A DNA stretch of 64,000 bases, taken from assembly GCA_050011915.1 (NCBI GenBank), contig JBEKIE010000001.1, positions 7,675 to 71,674 of the forward strand. Reading direction: 5' to 3'. This document shows, in pieces, positions 10,799 to 20,385 of this stretch. Under the pieces are notes generated by a model, which was given only the letters and a program-made list of their open reading frames with translations, did not search any database and was not told the origin of the DNA. Source of the stretch: Terracidiphilus sp. (GTDB taxonomy: Bacteria; Acidobacteriota; Terriglobia; Terriglobales; Acidobacteriaceae). The stretch's first letter is position 1, and each line of letters opens with the position of its first letter. The position numbers and the translations under genes are program-made.

Positions 10799-12262
10799 TC
10801 AAGGCACTACGTAGCTTCCGGTGCTATCGACCGACGCGACCGTTCCATTCGCGGAAATTGGCTGCAGGAAGCCGTAGGTGGACTGCGAAAGGGTCGCGGT
10901 CCAATAGACGGTCTCCCCCGATGAGGGTGACGGAAGGAAGCCGGGGATGGTGGAGAGGTCAGGGAATGTCTGCGAGGATACCCCGTTCATGGTATTGCTG
11001 CTGGCCGAGACGATATAGGTGCCATAGTTCCCCGAAGCCGAAAGCCAGCCGATGTTCAGCACCACAGCTTCTGTCCCCGAGCCTGTGAATCCCATGTAAC
11101 CGAGGTTGGCGAAGGTGGGCCACGCTGCCGCGACGGGTCCCGGATAATTCCATGCCGCCGGAAAGCTCATGGTCATGGGCCCGCCGGATGCGGTAGTCGT
11201 AAAGACCCCCATCGACGTTGCGCTGTTGCCGGTCGTCGCCCAGAAGGAGTAGTAGTCCCCGCTTTGGGAGACACTAGTGGGCAAGGCGGGGTAACGATTT
11301 CCGGCAAAAGAACTGAGCCAGACTCCATCCTGTATGCCAGGCGGCACAATCATGCCGGAGAGCACGTAAGCGATCGATGTTGTCGGAGATGGAAAACCTG
11401 CGGGCACGTTTTCATAGACGATCGGTTGATTGGTGACTGCGTCGGCTGCGTTGAAAACGACCGGGTTCCCGTTGTTAAGGGCGCCAGGGACTGTTTGGTT
11501 ATCGAGACTCTTGGCCGCTATAAGGTCGCTTTCTAGTGGATTGTCGTTGGAAACACTCAATAAGACGCGGTCACTGCCCGTGGGGGCGGATATCGTGAAA
11601 TTCTGGAAGGAAGAAACGCTGCCCGCATACAACCAGGCTCCCGAACTCTCGTTCTCGGCCCCGACTGAGAATAACCAGGGATATGAGAGAGCCGAAACAT
11701 CGATTGTGCCGGTCAAGCTTCCGTACGTAGGCGATGCCGCGGCCTGATTTGAGCAGCCTGTCGTGAACGATGTGCCGTCGAGCGTGCTGGCGGCAATGAG
11801 CTGCTGAGTCGTCCAAAGATTGGATCCGCTGGTATCCTGCGTCTTCGCAAACTGCAATCCGGCGCCGCGATCGTTGCTCAGCTTACTTGCCTTCCTTACC
11901 TGAGAAGGCTCGACGATGATCGTAGTCGATCCGTCCCCATCGAAAGTCCCGCTTCCGTCGCCGCCGCCGGATCCGCCCGTGTTGTAGGTCTCAGGCGGAC
12001 AGACGAAAGCCACTGCAAAATTGGTGGTGCCGTTGGGAATTTGCAGGCTGAGCGAAGAAGAGCTGAGAGTCGCGCTCGAAAACGATCCGCTACCTATTTG
12101 GGTAGCCACCGCTGTGGGCAAAATGCCGGTGAAGTTGACGGTGACGTCGGTGTAGCTATTGGCGCCGTTGCTCCCTCCGGAATTGGAGGTGATGAGACTT
12201 CCGCATCCCGGAAGAGCGACGGTAAGCACCATAAGGAAAGAAAAGCGAGTCATTGCGTTCAT
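10799..12262 (-). CDS. Ser/Thr-rich hypothetical lipoprotein
   Basis: Lipobox ALPGC after a hydrophobic stretch. Beta-rich S/T/G/N composition. Start could also be 12253. Confidence 0.75.
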   Translation of the reverse strand: MNAMTRFSFLMVLTVALPGCGSLITSNSGGSNGANSYTDVTVNFTGILPTAVATQIGSGSFSSATLSSSSLSLQIPNGTTNFAVAFVCPPETYNTGGSGGGDGSGTFDGDGSTTIIVEPSQVRKASKLSNDRGAGLQFAKTQDTSGSNLWTTQQLIAASTLDGTSFTTGCSNQAAASPTYGSLTGTIDVSALSYPWLFSVGAENESSGAWLYAGSVSSFQNFTISAPTGSDRVLLSVSNDNPLESDLIAAKSLDNQTVPGALNNGNPVVFNAADAVTNQPIVYENVPAGFPSPTTSIAYVLSGMIVPPGIQDGVWLSSFAGNRYPALPTSVSQSGDYYSFWATTGNSATSMGVFTTTASGGPMTMSFPAAWNYPGPVAAAWPTFANLGYMGFTGSGTEAVVLNIGWLSASGNYGTYIVSASSNTMNGVSSQTFPDLSTIPGFLPSPSSGETVYWTATLSQSTYGFLQPISANGTVASVDSTGSYVVP

Positions 12263-12441
12263 TCGCACGCCATTCGATCTTAAATTGGTTGTTGATATCA
12301 CTATAAGCGTGAACTCGCAGGGCGCACAGATTTTTATTCGCTCGGCGAGCAGGCCAAGAAGCGTCGGAGCGGCCTGTCTCGCGCGGCGGGACAGGAGAGC
12401 CATCCGTCCATTAATCTTGAACGCGAGGAGCCTCCCTGAGA

Positions 12442-13968
12442 ATGACCGTCATCCGGCAGGAAGATTTCATCTCGAGCGTTCAAGGCGCGTTGCAGTACAT
12501 CAGCTATTACCACCCGGTGGATTACATCAGCTCGCTCAACCAGGCCTACGAGCGCGAGCAGTCGCCGGCGGCGCGCGACGCCATGGCGCAGATCCTCATC
12601 AACAGCCGCATGTGCGCCGAGGGCCACCGGCCCATCTGCCAGGACACGGGCATTGTGAATGCCTTCGTCACGCTGGGCATGGACGTGCACTTTGAAGCCG
12701 GCTTCGGCGAAGAACTCAAGGATCTGCAAGAGATGGTCGACGAAGGTGTGCGGCGCGCCTATCTCGATCCCGACAACAAACTGCGCGCCAGCGTCCTGGC
12801 CGATCCCGCGGGAGAGCGCAAGAACACTCGCGACAACACGCCGGCCGTGGTCACCGTCGATCTGGTGCGCGGCTCGACGGTTGAGGTCACCGTCGCGGCC
12901 AAGGGCGGAGGCTCGGAAGCCAAGTCGAAGTTCACCATGCTCAACCCCTCCGACTCTGTGGTGGACTGGGTGCTGAAGACCGTGCCGACGATGGGCGCGG
13001 GCTGGTGCCCGCCGGGAATTCTCGGCATCGGCATCGGCGGGACCTCAGAAAAAGCTATGCTGCTGGCCAAGCAGGCGCTCATGGACCCGATCGACATTCA
13101 GGACCTCATCGCCCGCGGAGCCAAGACCACCACCGAGAAGCTGCGCCTCGAGCTCTTCGACAAAGTGAATCGCCTCGGCATCGGCGCGCAGGGGCTGGGC
13201 GGGTTGACGACGGTTCTCGACGTGAAGGTGCTCGATTATCCGACGCACGCGGCCAATCTGCCCGTGGCCATGATTCCCAACTGCGCGGCCATGCGCCACG
13301 CGCACTTTGTGCTCGACGGCTCCGGTCCGGTCTATCTCGATCCGCCGTCGCTTGAAGCGTGGCCCAAGCTGACCCACGACGTCTCGGGCGCGCGGCGCGT
13401 GAACCTCGACACCGTGACGCGCGAGGAAGTTGCAACCTGGAAGCCGGGCGAGGTGCTTCTGCTCAGCGGCAAACTGCTCACTGGCCGCGATGCCGCGCAC
13501 AAGCGGCTCACCGATATGTTGAAGCGCGGCGAAGAACTCCCTGTCGACTTCCGCAACCGATTCATCTACTACGTCGGCCCGGTCGATGCGGTGCGTGACG
13601 AAGTTGTCGGCCCCGCGGGACCGACCACGGCCACGCGCATGGACAAGTTCACGCGGCAGATGCTCGCCGAAACCGGCCTGCTCGGCATGGTGGGCAAAGC
13701 CGAGCGCGGCCCCGAAGCGGTGGACGCGATCCGCGAGTACAGGGCGGTATACCTGATGGCCGTTGGCGGCGCGGCCTATCTCGTGTCGAAGGCGATTCGC
13801 GGCTCGCGGCTGCTCGCGTTTGGAGACCTGGGCATGGAAGCTATCTACGAGTTCGACGTGCGCGACATGCCCGTCACCGTGGCCGTGGACGCGAAGGGAA
13901 CCAGCGTGCACGAAACCGGCCCGGCGGAGTGGCAGCGGCGCATCGCCGACATTCCGATACTGCAGTAA
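12442..13968 (+). CDS. fumA: Fumarate hydratase class I (Fe-S)
   Basis: PICQDTG, KGGGSE, GWCPP, GPTTATRMD, GKAER. Confidence 0.95.
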   Translation: MTVIRQEDFISSVQGALQYISYYHPVDYISSLNQAYEREQSPAARDAMAQILINSRMCAEGHRPICQDTGIVNAFVTLGMDVHFEAGFGEELKDLQEMVDEGVRRAYLDPDNKLRASVLADPAGERKNTRDNTPAVVTVDLVRGSTVEVTVAAKGGGSEAKSKFTMLNPSDSVVDWVLKTVPTMGAGWCPPGILGIGIGGTSEKAMLLAKQALMDPIDIQDLIARGAKTTTEKLRLELFDKVNRLGIGAQGLGGLTTVLDVKVLDYPTHAANLPVAMIPNCAAMRHAHFVLDGSGPVYLDPPSLEAWPKLTHDVSGARRVNLDTVTREEVATWKPGEVLLLSGKLLTGRDAAHKRLTDMLKRGEELPVDFRNRFIYYVGPVDAVRDEVVGPAGPTTATRMDKFTRQMLAETGLLGMVGKAERGPEAVDAIREYRAVYLMAVGGAAYLVSKAIRGSRLLAFGDLGMEAIYEFDVRDMPVTVAVDAKGTSVHETGPAEWQRRIADIPILQ

Positions 13969-13997
13969 AGCAGGGAACAAGAAACCAGGCTTCCCGG

Positions 13998-14189
13998 CTA
14001 TCCCGCGTGCCGTCCGGAGCGCGCTCTCTTTATCGCCTTGCGAGCGGTTCGACCCATGCGGTTCATTCGCTCAATGGAGCGTATTTTTTCCGGCCAGGTC
14101 TTTGACCCGAGAAAGAGCTGCATCGACGCCGTGGCTCGGGCATTGAATGCGGTTTTTTCCTCGTCAACTCTCATGCCAATCTGGCTCAT
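13998..14189 (-). CDS. Small helical basic protein (63 aa)
   Basis: ATG ORF filling the intergenic gap with an amphipathic WPEKIRSIERM segment. No clear RBS. Confidence 0.45.
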   Translation of the reverse strand: MSQIGMRVDEEKTAFNARATASMQLFLGSKTWPEKIRSIERMNRMGRTARKAIKRARSGRHAG

Positions 14190-14256
14190 TCAAATGAACA
14201 GCAATTTCTGTGGCTCCCGGGAACCTCGGGTTCCTTGACGCCGATCGAAACAGTTG

Positions 14257-15498
14257 TCACTGGGTTGCGAAAGAATCGCCTTCCATTCCACGATTGCCCA
14301 CTTCCGTGCCGGTTGCGCCGGCGGGTCCGGAGTTGCTGTAGGTGACGGTCGTGGTGCCGATATCTCTTGCCGTAAAGTAGAAGCCTTTCAATCCCGGCTT
14401 TTTGGCAGTGGCGTGGGCTTCCCAGACCATTCCGTTCACGGCGAGCGTGTACGTGTAATTGGGATCGGTCTTGTTGGGGTCGAACTTGAGGCGGTATATG
14501 CCGCTTCCTTGAGGGTACGCGCCTGACAGAAGCTCATCCAATGGGCAAGCGCGCTGAATGCCGAGTTGGCATTCGTGCTCGATCATTTCAATAGCGGACA
14601 GAAACATGTAGGCGATCTGTTCGTTGCGCTTGAGTTGGATGGGGCCATGTGCGTCTTCGATCTCGACCGTGGCTTTGGTGGCGAAGGGGCCTGAAGCCGG
14701 TGTGGGAGCGGTGGCGGTTGCCGTCGGGGCGCTCGCGGGAGCCGAAGATGCGGTCGCCCTGGAGGCGGCATAGATGGCAGCGACCTCCTTGGAGTCGAGG
14801 GCGCGATTCCAGAGGCCTACATCGTCGATGCCGCCGTGAAAGAATCGGCCGGTGAAGACGACACTTTCGCCGATGGTAAAGGCATTCTTCTTGCCGGCCT
14901 CCCCGCCGCCTTTATCGGTAGCGACGGACTTGCCGTCCCAGTAGAGCACGCGGGTGTTGGTGGCTGTGTCCAGTGTGGCAACAATCTGATGCCATTTGCC
15001 AACCAACGAACTCGGAGTGGGAGCGTAAGAAATATGGCCGCCGGCGGCGGTATAAAACTTCAGGACATTGTCGGTTTCGAATTGGAGGTCAAGATCGTTG
15101 CCATCTTCAGACTCGCCAGCGACGTAGAAAAAGTGGCCGGCCTTCGAGGGCAATTCAGCCAAGTTAACCCAGGCCATCATGCTTGCAGAGGCGCCGACTC
15201 CACCATGCTGAGTCGTCATGATGTAGGCTGTTTTTCCGTCGAGTTTAAGGTAGCGGCCATTCGCCGTGACGACAGGCGCTCCGGATTCGGCAAGGACGGC
15301 AGAGCCGATTGCCTTGTAGGTGGTGGCGCCGTCCTGGCTTTGTCCGGAGGTGGCGTCGATCCGGTAGAAGGCGATGGGGTGAGTGGAAAGGATCTGGGCA
15401 GGGAAGCTGGTTTGGGCTTGAAGTGCGACGCAGCTGACAGTGGCGATGACAGCCAATGCGGCGATGGCTGCGGGGCGGACTTGCGTGGAGATGAACAT
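14257..15498 (-). CDS. Secreted LamG/concanavalin-A-like domain protein
   Basis: Signal peptide from MFISTQ. LamG motifs MAWVN, KWHQIVAT, LYWDG, FHGGIDDVGLWNRAL. Ala/Thr/Pro linker, then a second domain. Confidence 0.85.
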   Translation of the reverse strand: MFISTQVRPAAIAALAVIATVSCVALQAQTSFPAQILSTHPIAFYRIDATSGQSQDGATTYKAIGSAVLAESGAPVVTANGRYLKLDGKTAYIMTTQHGGVGASASMMAWVNLAELPSKAGHFFYVAGESEDGNDLDLQFETDNVLKFYTAAGGHISYAPTPSSLVGKWHQIVATLDTATNTRVLYWDGKSVATDKGGGEAGKKNAFTIGESVVFTGRFFHGGIDDVGLWNRALDSKEVAAIYAASRATASSAPASAPTATATAPTPASGPFATKATVEIEDAHGPIQLKRNEQIAYMFLSAIEMIEHECQLGIQRACPLDELLSGAYPQGSGIYRLKFDPNKTDPNYTYTLAVNGMVWEAHATAKKPGLKGFYFTARDIGTTTVTYSNSGPAGATGTEVGNRGMEGDSFATQ

Positions 15499-15789
15499 GG
15501 GGAAGATGCCTTTCTCGTTCGTGTTCTGGAAGGTCCGGCCTGATTGCAGCGCGCATCGCTGCGTATCTGCTGACCCCTCGTCGCCGGTGGACTCGGAATA
15601 GTCTATTGCATGGCATCGACGATTTTCAATCCGATTCTGCAAGCTCTCAAGATGACCACCGCGGATTTGATTTTTCGGAACGGGCGGGCGGGTTGCGGCT
15701 TGACTGAAGCCATGCGCCGATACAAGAAACAGGGATAATGCAGTTCCGTGAGGCATGGTTTGGCTTAAAATGATCCGCAAAAAACGTTC

Positions 15790-15820
15790 TTGACATAATG
15801 TACTTCAGAACATAAAGTAC
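15790..15820 (+). promoter_or_regulatory. Sigma-70 promoter overlapped by a palindromic operator
   Basis: TTGACA(15790)-N17-TAAAGT(15813), overlapped by GTACTT-N9-AAGTAC (15800-15820). GGAGG precedes ATG 15837. Confidence 0.8.
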
Positions 15821-15836
15821 TTCATGGAGGCGAGAA

Positions 15837-16472
15837 ATGGCAGATAATGAGATAGAGGGCGGGGCCAGTCGCGAGGAGATTGTGCAGCGCATCGAGCTGA
15901 TGGAGTCGATGGTTGCCGAGGGGCGGCGGTTTACGGCGCGCTGCGGGTGGATCTTCGTTTTGTGGGGAGTGGTGGACCTGGCAGCGATGAGCTGGCGCTA
16001 CTTTCAGCCGGATTCGCGTTGGGTTGGGGCGTGGGCCTGGCCCATTTGCCTCGTGGCGGGGGCGGCGCTTACGCTTCTGGGCCGCGCCTTGCAAGGGCGC
16101 CGGCAAAACTGCGTCAGAGGCTTGCGCTGCCGCAGCGTGGAAGCGGTGTGGGCGATGATGGGCATCTCGCTCGCAATCTACGTTGCCGGCGCGATGGTGC
16201 GGCACCTTACCTGGCAGTACTCGTATGTCGCCGGGCTTCTCATCATCATTGGAATGGCGCATGCCATCAGCGCCGTGATTCTGCGCTGGCGTGTGCAGGG
16301 CTTGGTTGCGGCCGTCTGGTGGGCGGGAGCGATCGCGGCGTTCTGCGTGCGGTCGAATGCAGGCGTGCAGCGAATCATGTTCGTGGAGATGGTGTTCGGC
16401 ATGATCCTGTTCGGACTGTATGCGATGGCACTGGAGCGGACGAGCGGCGGACGGGCCAATGAAGACGTCTGA
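15837..16472 (+). CDS. Multi-pass membrane protein
   Basis: About six hydrophobic helices. Overlaps the start of the downstream regulator. Confidence 0.85.
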   Translation: MADNEIEGGASREEIVQRIELMESMVAEGRRFTARCGWIFVLWGVVDLAAMSWRYFQPDSRWVGAWAWPICLVAGAALTLLGRALQGRRQNCVRGLRCRSVEAVWAMMGISLAIYVAGAMVRHLTWQYSYVAGLLIIIGMAHAISAVILRWRVQGLVAAVWWAGAIAAFCVRSNAGVQRIMFVEMVFGMILFGLYAMALERTSGGRANEDV

Positions 16473-16764
16473 CGATCTGCCCGAACTCGATCCGGTGATT
16501 CACGGCAAGCTGCGCCTGGCCCTGCTCTCACTACTGCTGGGAGCGGGGGAGGCTGACTTTACCTGGCTGCGCAAGAGGACAGGGGCCAGCGACGGCAACG
16601 TGAGCGTGCAGATGGTGAAGCTGGAAGAGGCTGGGTACGTGGCGATGGAGAAGCGGTTTGTGGGCCGCAAGCCGCAGACGCTCTATCGCATGACGCCGAA
16701 GGGGCGTAGGGCGCTGGCGAAGTACGTGGAGGCGCTGAGGATTCTGCTGGGTAAGGCATTGTAA
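16459..16764 (+). CDS. Winged-helix transcriptional regulator (MarR/ArsR-like)
   Basis: LDPVIH..RL..LS.L, SDGNVS....KLEEAGYV..EKRFVGRKPQT.Y.MT..GR. Confidence 0.9.
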   Translation: MKTSDDLPELDPVIHGKLRLALLSLLLGAGEADFTWLRKRTGASDGNVSVQMVKLEEAGYVAMEKRFVGRKPQTLYRMTPKGRRALAKYVEALRILLGKAL

Positions 16765-16915
16765 GTTTGTGCGGGGGCGCGCTTGCGTTGCGGAGCGCGG
16801 TGCAAAAGGCCTCGCGGCCAGTGCGCAGGGCGCATTCCGGTGAGACGTGATGTGGATCACAGATCGGCAGACCTTGACGGACCGATACTTCGACATCTAC
16901 TCAGGAGATTTGCCC

Positions 16916-17317
16916 GTGAATCGTTTCTGTGCGCGCATGTTCGGTCTCACCCCGTTGGTTTTTCTCGTTTTGGCGATTGCCGTCCACCCTGCCATGGCTC
17001 AGCAGGATCAAGCCAAACATATTGTCCATCGGCTGATTCCAGCCGGGGATACCTGCGCCAGCTGCCACAAGGCGATCTATGACCAATGGACAGCCAGCCC
17101 GCATGCCGCCAACGGTGTGGAATGCACCGTGTGCCATGGCGAGACGACAGCAAAGGACTTCGCGGCTGTGCCGGCGTTAAGCACATGCGACAGCTGTCAC
17201 TCCGACCAGGTGGCGCAACTAAAGTCCGATCCATTCCTGAATGGCAAGACGTGTGTGAGCTGTCATCAAGCGCACATCTTCGTGGAGCACAAGAAGGCGG
17301 CCCCGGCAGGTAAGTAA
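16916..17317 (+). CDS. Periplasmic tetraheme c-type cytochrome
   Basis: Four CxxCH motifs (CASCH, CTVCH, CDSCH, CVSCH) after a signal peptide. AGGAG precedes GTG 16916. Confidence 0.88.
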   Translation: MNRFCARMFGLTPLVFLVLAIAVHPAMAQQDQAKHIVHRLIPAGDTCASCHKAIYDQWTASPHAANGVECTVCHGETTAKDFAAVPALSTCDSCHSDQVAQLKSDPFLNGKTCVSCHQAHIFVEHKKAAPAGK

Positions 17318-17422
17318 TAAGAATTTCCAGGCTTGGCACTCTCGAACGGCTGGCCGGTGCATCCGCGCTCACCGCTCTGGAGGCCGGCGCTGCAGGCCTT
17401 CGCCGCGTGCAGAGAATGCGGA

Positions 17423-18313
17423 CTAACTCGCCGCGTGCGTCAGATAGCCCATGCCGTCGAGCACGCCGCGCATGAAGGCGAAGCTCTCAATGACGCCGGG
17501 CAGGGGATCGTCGGGATGGATCTCGTACTCGAGATCGACGAAACCCTTGTAGTCGATCTTGATGAGCGCCTCGAACATCTCGCGGAAGGGCAGGATGCCT
17601 TCGCCCACCGGAACCTGGCTTTCCTTACTCGAAAAACTGGTCAGGTCCTTTACGTGCATATCGTAGAGCCGCGGGCCGACGGCGTGGATGGCTTCGACAA
17701 GGTTGGTTCCGGCGCGCGCCGCGTGGCCCACGTCGATGCAGCAGCCGATGCGGTGGTCCATGTCCTTGACGATCTTCAGCACGTCGAACGGGGAGGGGTA
17801 GATCTTGTCCTCGGGACCGTGGTTGTGGATGGCGAGGCGGATGTCGTACTCACGCACGAACTTTTCGATGCGCGGCAGAGTGGTGGGAGCGGGATCGCCG
17901 GCCACGATGACGTTGATGCCCGCGCGCTTGCAGTACTCAAATTTGGCGCGGATGTCATCATCGTCGTCTTTAGGGAAGGCGATGGTGCCCGCGGCATGGA
18001 GCTTGATGCCTGCGGCCGCGTAATCGGCCAGCGCAGCGGCTTCGAGCGCGGGATCCATGGGGAGATGGTCCTTCACGTCCTTGCAGTTCAGGTCCGTGAG
18101 GTTGAGCTGCTTCATGAAGCCGAGGAGTTGCGCACGCGTGAAGTTGCGGAAAGTGTAGCTGGCGAGCCCGAGACGGACGGGCGAGGGCTTGCCCGAGGCG
18201 GGAATGGCTTGAGCCTGTGCGGGTGCGGCGTTGACGAAGGCGGCGGCGGCGGTGGAAGCGGCGACAAAAGTAGACGACTGCAGAAAACTGCGACGCGAGA
18301 CTGTGTTTTTCAT
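17423..18313 (-). CDS. Tat-exported sugar phosphate isomerase/epimerase (xylose-isomerase-like TIM barrel)
   Basis: SRRSFL Tat motif. AIHNHG, CIDVGH, MHVKD, LEYE. Confidence 0.9.
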   Translation of the reverse strand: MKNTVSRRSFLQSSTFVAASTAAAAFVNAAPAQAQAIPASGKPSPVRLGLASYTFRNFTRAQLLGFMKQLNLTDLNCKDVKDHLPMDPALEAAALADYAAAGIKLHAAGTIAFPKDDDDDIRAKFEYCKRAGINVIVAGDPAPTTLPRIEKFVREYDIRLAIHNHGPEDKIYPSPFDVLKIVKDMDHRIGCCIDVGHAARAGTNLVEAIHAVGPRLYDMHVKDLTSFSSKESQVPVGEGILPFREMFEALIKIDYKGFVDLEYEIHPDDPLPGVIESFAFMRGVLDGMGYLTHAAS

Positions 18314-18435
18314 GGCCGGAGCCATTATAGGAGTTCGCGAGCCAGCGGGCCAGCAAGACAACAGATCTGTGGATTCCCGATGCAACCGAGAGCCATGTTC
18401 ACGACGCCCCACGGTTGCATCCCCGATCGCTGCCG

Positions 18436-19221
18436 CTATTGCTTGCCGAAGCGGTACACGATGCCTGCGGTAAAGCCACGGCTGGCCTGCAGCGTCGATC
18501 CAAAACCTGTAAGGAAATACTCCGGCGCGAGTTTGAAGGCGACGCTCGGGGACAGGTTGTATTCGCCAATGATGCTGGCGCTGGCCCCGAAACTGGAGCC
18601 GGAAGGATAGAGAAGGCAACCGGTGTTTCCGGGGACGACGTTGCACAGATTTTTTTCCCCGTTGGTGTCGCCCTCGAAGTTGCCGTAGGCCCAGCCGCCC
18701 ATGACGCGGCCGGAGACTGAGTACTTGGGCTGCAGGTAGAAACGGTAGGTGGGGCCGAAGAGCAGGTTGTACATGCTGACCTGCGGCCGAGTGTTGTTGG
18801 TAAAGTTGAGGCCCACATAGGCGTTGCCGATGTAGCCGCGGCCAACGAGCGTGTAGCCCAGCCGTTCGCTGCGGAACTGGGTGAGGCCCGTCTCCCAGGC
18901 GTAGAAGGTGAGGCGCTGGGCCGACGGTCCGGGCGTAAAGCGCAGGTAGCCCATGTCGGCATAGGACTCCCACTTGTGGTCGTAGGCGTCATGAATGGCC
19001 GTGGCGCGGCGCTGTTCGCGGCGCTGGCGGATGCGTGCCTGAACGGTGAGCTGCCCCTGGGTCTGCCCGGCGGAGGGCTGCCCCGGGCTTGCCTGAGAGC
19101 TGGACTGGCTTTGGTCCGGGGTGGCGCTCGATGAAGAATCGCCTGAGCTTTGTGCGAATGCGGCTGGCATGGCCGGCAATGCGAACGCCAGCAAAAGAGC
19201 GAGACGGCGAAAAGATAGCAT
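18436..19221 (-). CDS. Outer-membrane beta-barrel protein
   Basis: Signal peptide, alternating amphipathic strands (LFGPTYRF), C-terminal GIVYRFG. Confidence 0.78.
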   Translation of the reverse strand: MLSFRRLALLLAFALPAMPAAFAQSSGDSSSSATPDQSQSSSQASPGQPSAGQTQGQLTVQARIRQRREQRRATAIHDAYDHKWESYADMGYLRFTPGPSAQRLTFYAWETGLTQFRSERLGYTLVGRGYIGNAYVGLNFTNNTRPQVSMYNLLFGPTYRFYLQPKYSVSGRVMGGWAYGNFEGDTNGEKNLCNVVPGNTGCLLYPSGSSFGASASIIGEYNLSPSVAFKLAPEYFLTGFGSTLQASRGFTAGIVYRFGKQ

Positions 19222-19404
19222 CGGTATCGGGATTCCTCCACGGGAGTACGAGAGCGCACCCAAACGGCCGGTTAGCTCCCCCCATTGGTATTAAAACATC
19301 TTGAAACCATTTGGGGGGGAGCCTTGTGCCGGAGCCAGCTCCAGGTCTTTCGGTTGACGCGCTCTGTTTTGACGTGTGGAGGAGAGAACCGGCAGCGCAA
19401 TCGG

Positions 19405-20199
19405 CTAGACAATGGCTTTCAGGTCGGCCAGCAACTGAGCCTGATCGAAGCCGCCGGGCGAGCCTTTGACCGAGAGCCAGTCCTGGCTGAGCAGGGTGTG
19501 CGCTTCGTCGCAATACTCGTTCCAGAAGGCCACGGTCATGGTCTTCGGCTGCCCCCAGGTGATGCAGGTAAAGCCGTTCTGGTCGTACTTGGGAACGAAG
19601 ACGCAGTGACCGCCCCAACTGCCGGGCAGGGCATCGGCGCCGCCGTTTGGCGCTACCTCCCAAACGTCCTGAGTTTGCGCCGTGACGGGCAACGACAGGC
19701 CAATGTACACGCCGCCGAAGAGGGCAATCGACTGCCGTACCTCGGTGAGATTCGCGGGCTTGGGGTCGGCGAAGGCCGCAAGCGCGTGGCCGGCGAAGCC
19801 CTGCTTCTTCCAGTCGTTGAGTACGTCGAGCTCGACGCCGCCGTTGTCGGTGCTGGGATCGCTGGGATCGTAACCGTCCCACTTTTCGTAGTACTTTTCG
19901 ATGGTTGCGTCGGGAAGGGTCACTTCAGCGCCGACGTTCGCGGTCCACACCTGCACCGCGTGTCCACAACCTGCGATGGTGCAGTCGCCCAGGGTGTCGT
20001 TCAGCATTATGCCCCATGCGGTAATGCTCCTGGTCCAGTCAGCCGTGGGCGGGGGTGGCGGCAGGCTGGGCGTCAGATAATCGGCCAGCATCAATGTACG
20101 GCTGTCGGTCTTGATGGCCTTGCGGCCCAATTTCCGGGGCCCCCACGGCGCGATTGCTGCGCCGAGGGGTAGGAGTTTCATCTTCGAGTGATCTGCCAT
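19405..20199 (-). CDS. Papain-like (C1-related) cysteine peptidase homologue
   Basis: NDTLGDCTIA (catalytic Cys region), GGHCV (His), ITWG. Confidence 0.65.
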   Translation of the reverse strand: MADHSKMKLLPLGAAIAPWGPRKLGRKAIKTDSRTLMLADYLTPSLPPPPPTADWTRSITAWGIMLNDTLGDCTIAGCGHAVQVWTANVGAEVTLPDATIEKYYEKWDGYDPSDPSTDNGGVELDVLNDWKKQGFAGHALAAFADPKPANLTEVRQSIALFGGVYIGLSLPVTAQTQDVWEVAPNGGADALPGSWGGHCVFVPKYDQNGFTCITWGQPKTMTVAFWNEYCDEAHTLLSQDWLSVKGSPGGFDQAQLLADLKAIV

Positions 20200-20385
20200 G
20201 GGAGAGGTCCTTTCCTGCGCATGGAATTGCCAGACAGGCGTGTGCCGTGACGCGATCGGCAAGCGATGCGTCCCACGAGTCCAGTGATTTTTCCGGATGC
20301 GTTACAGTTATTGTTGCGTAAAACCCCGAAATGATCTGCAAAACTATCAAAAGATAAAATTGGGGCACGAAAGGAGCAAGAAACC

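Noticed and set aside
17423-18973. 516-aa fusion of the isomerase with upstream sequence
   Set aside because: The extension overlaps the beta-barrel gene out of frame. The Tat signal at 18313 marks the real start.
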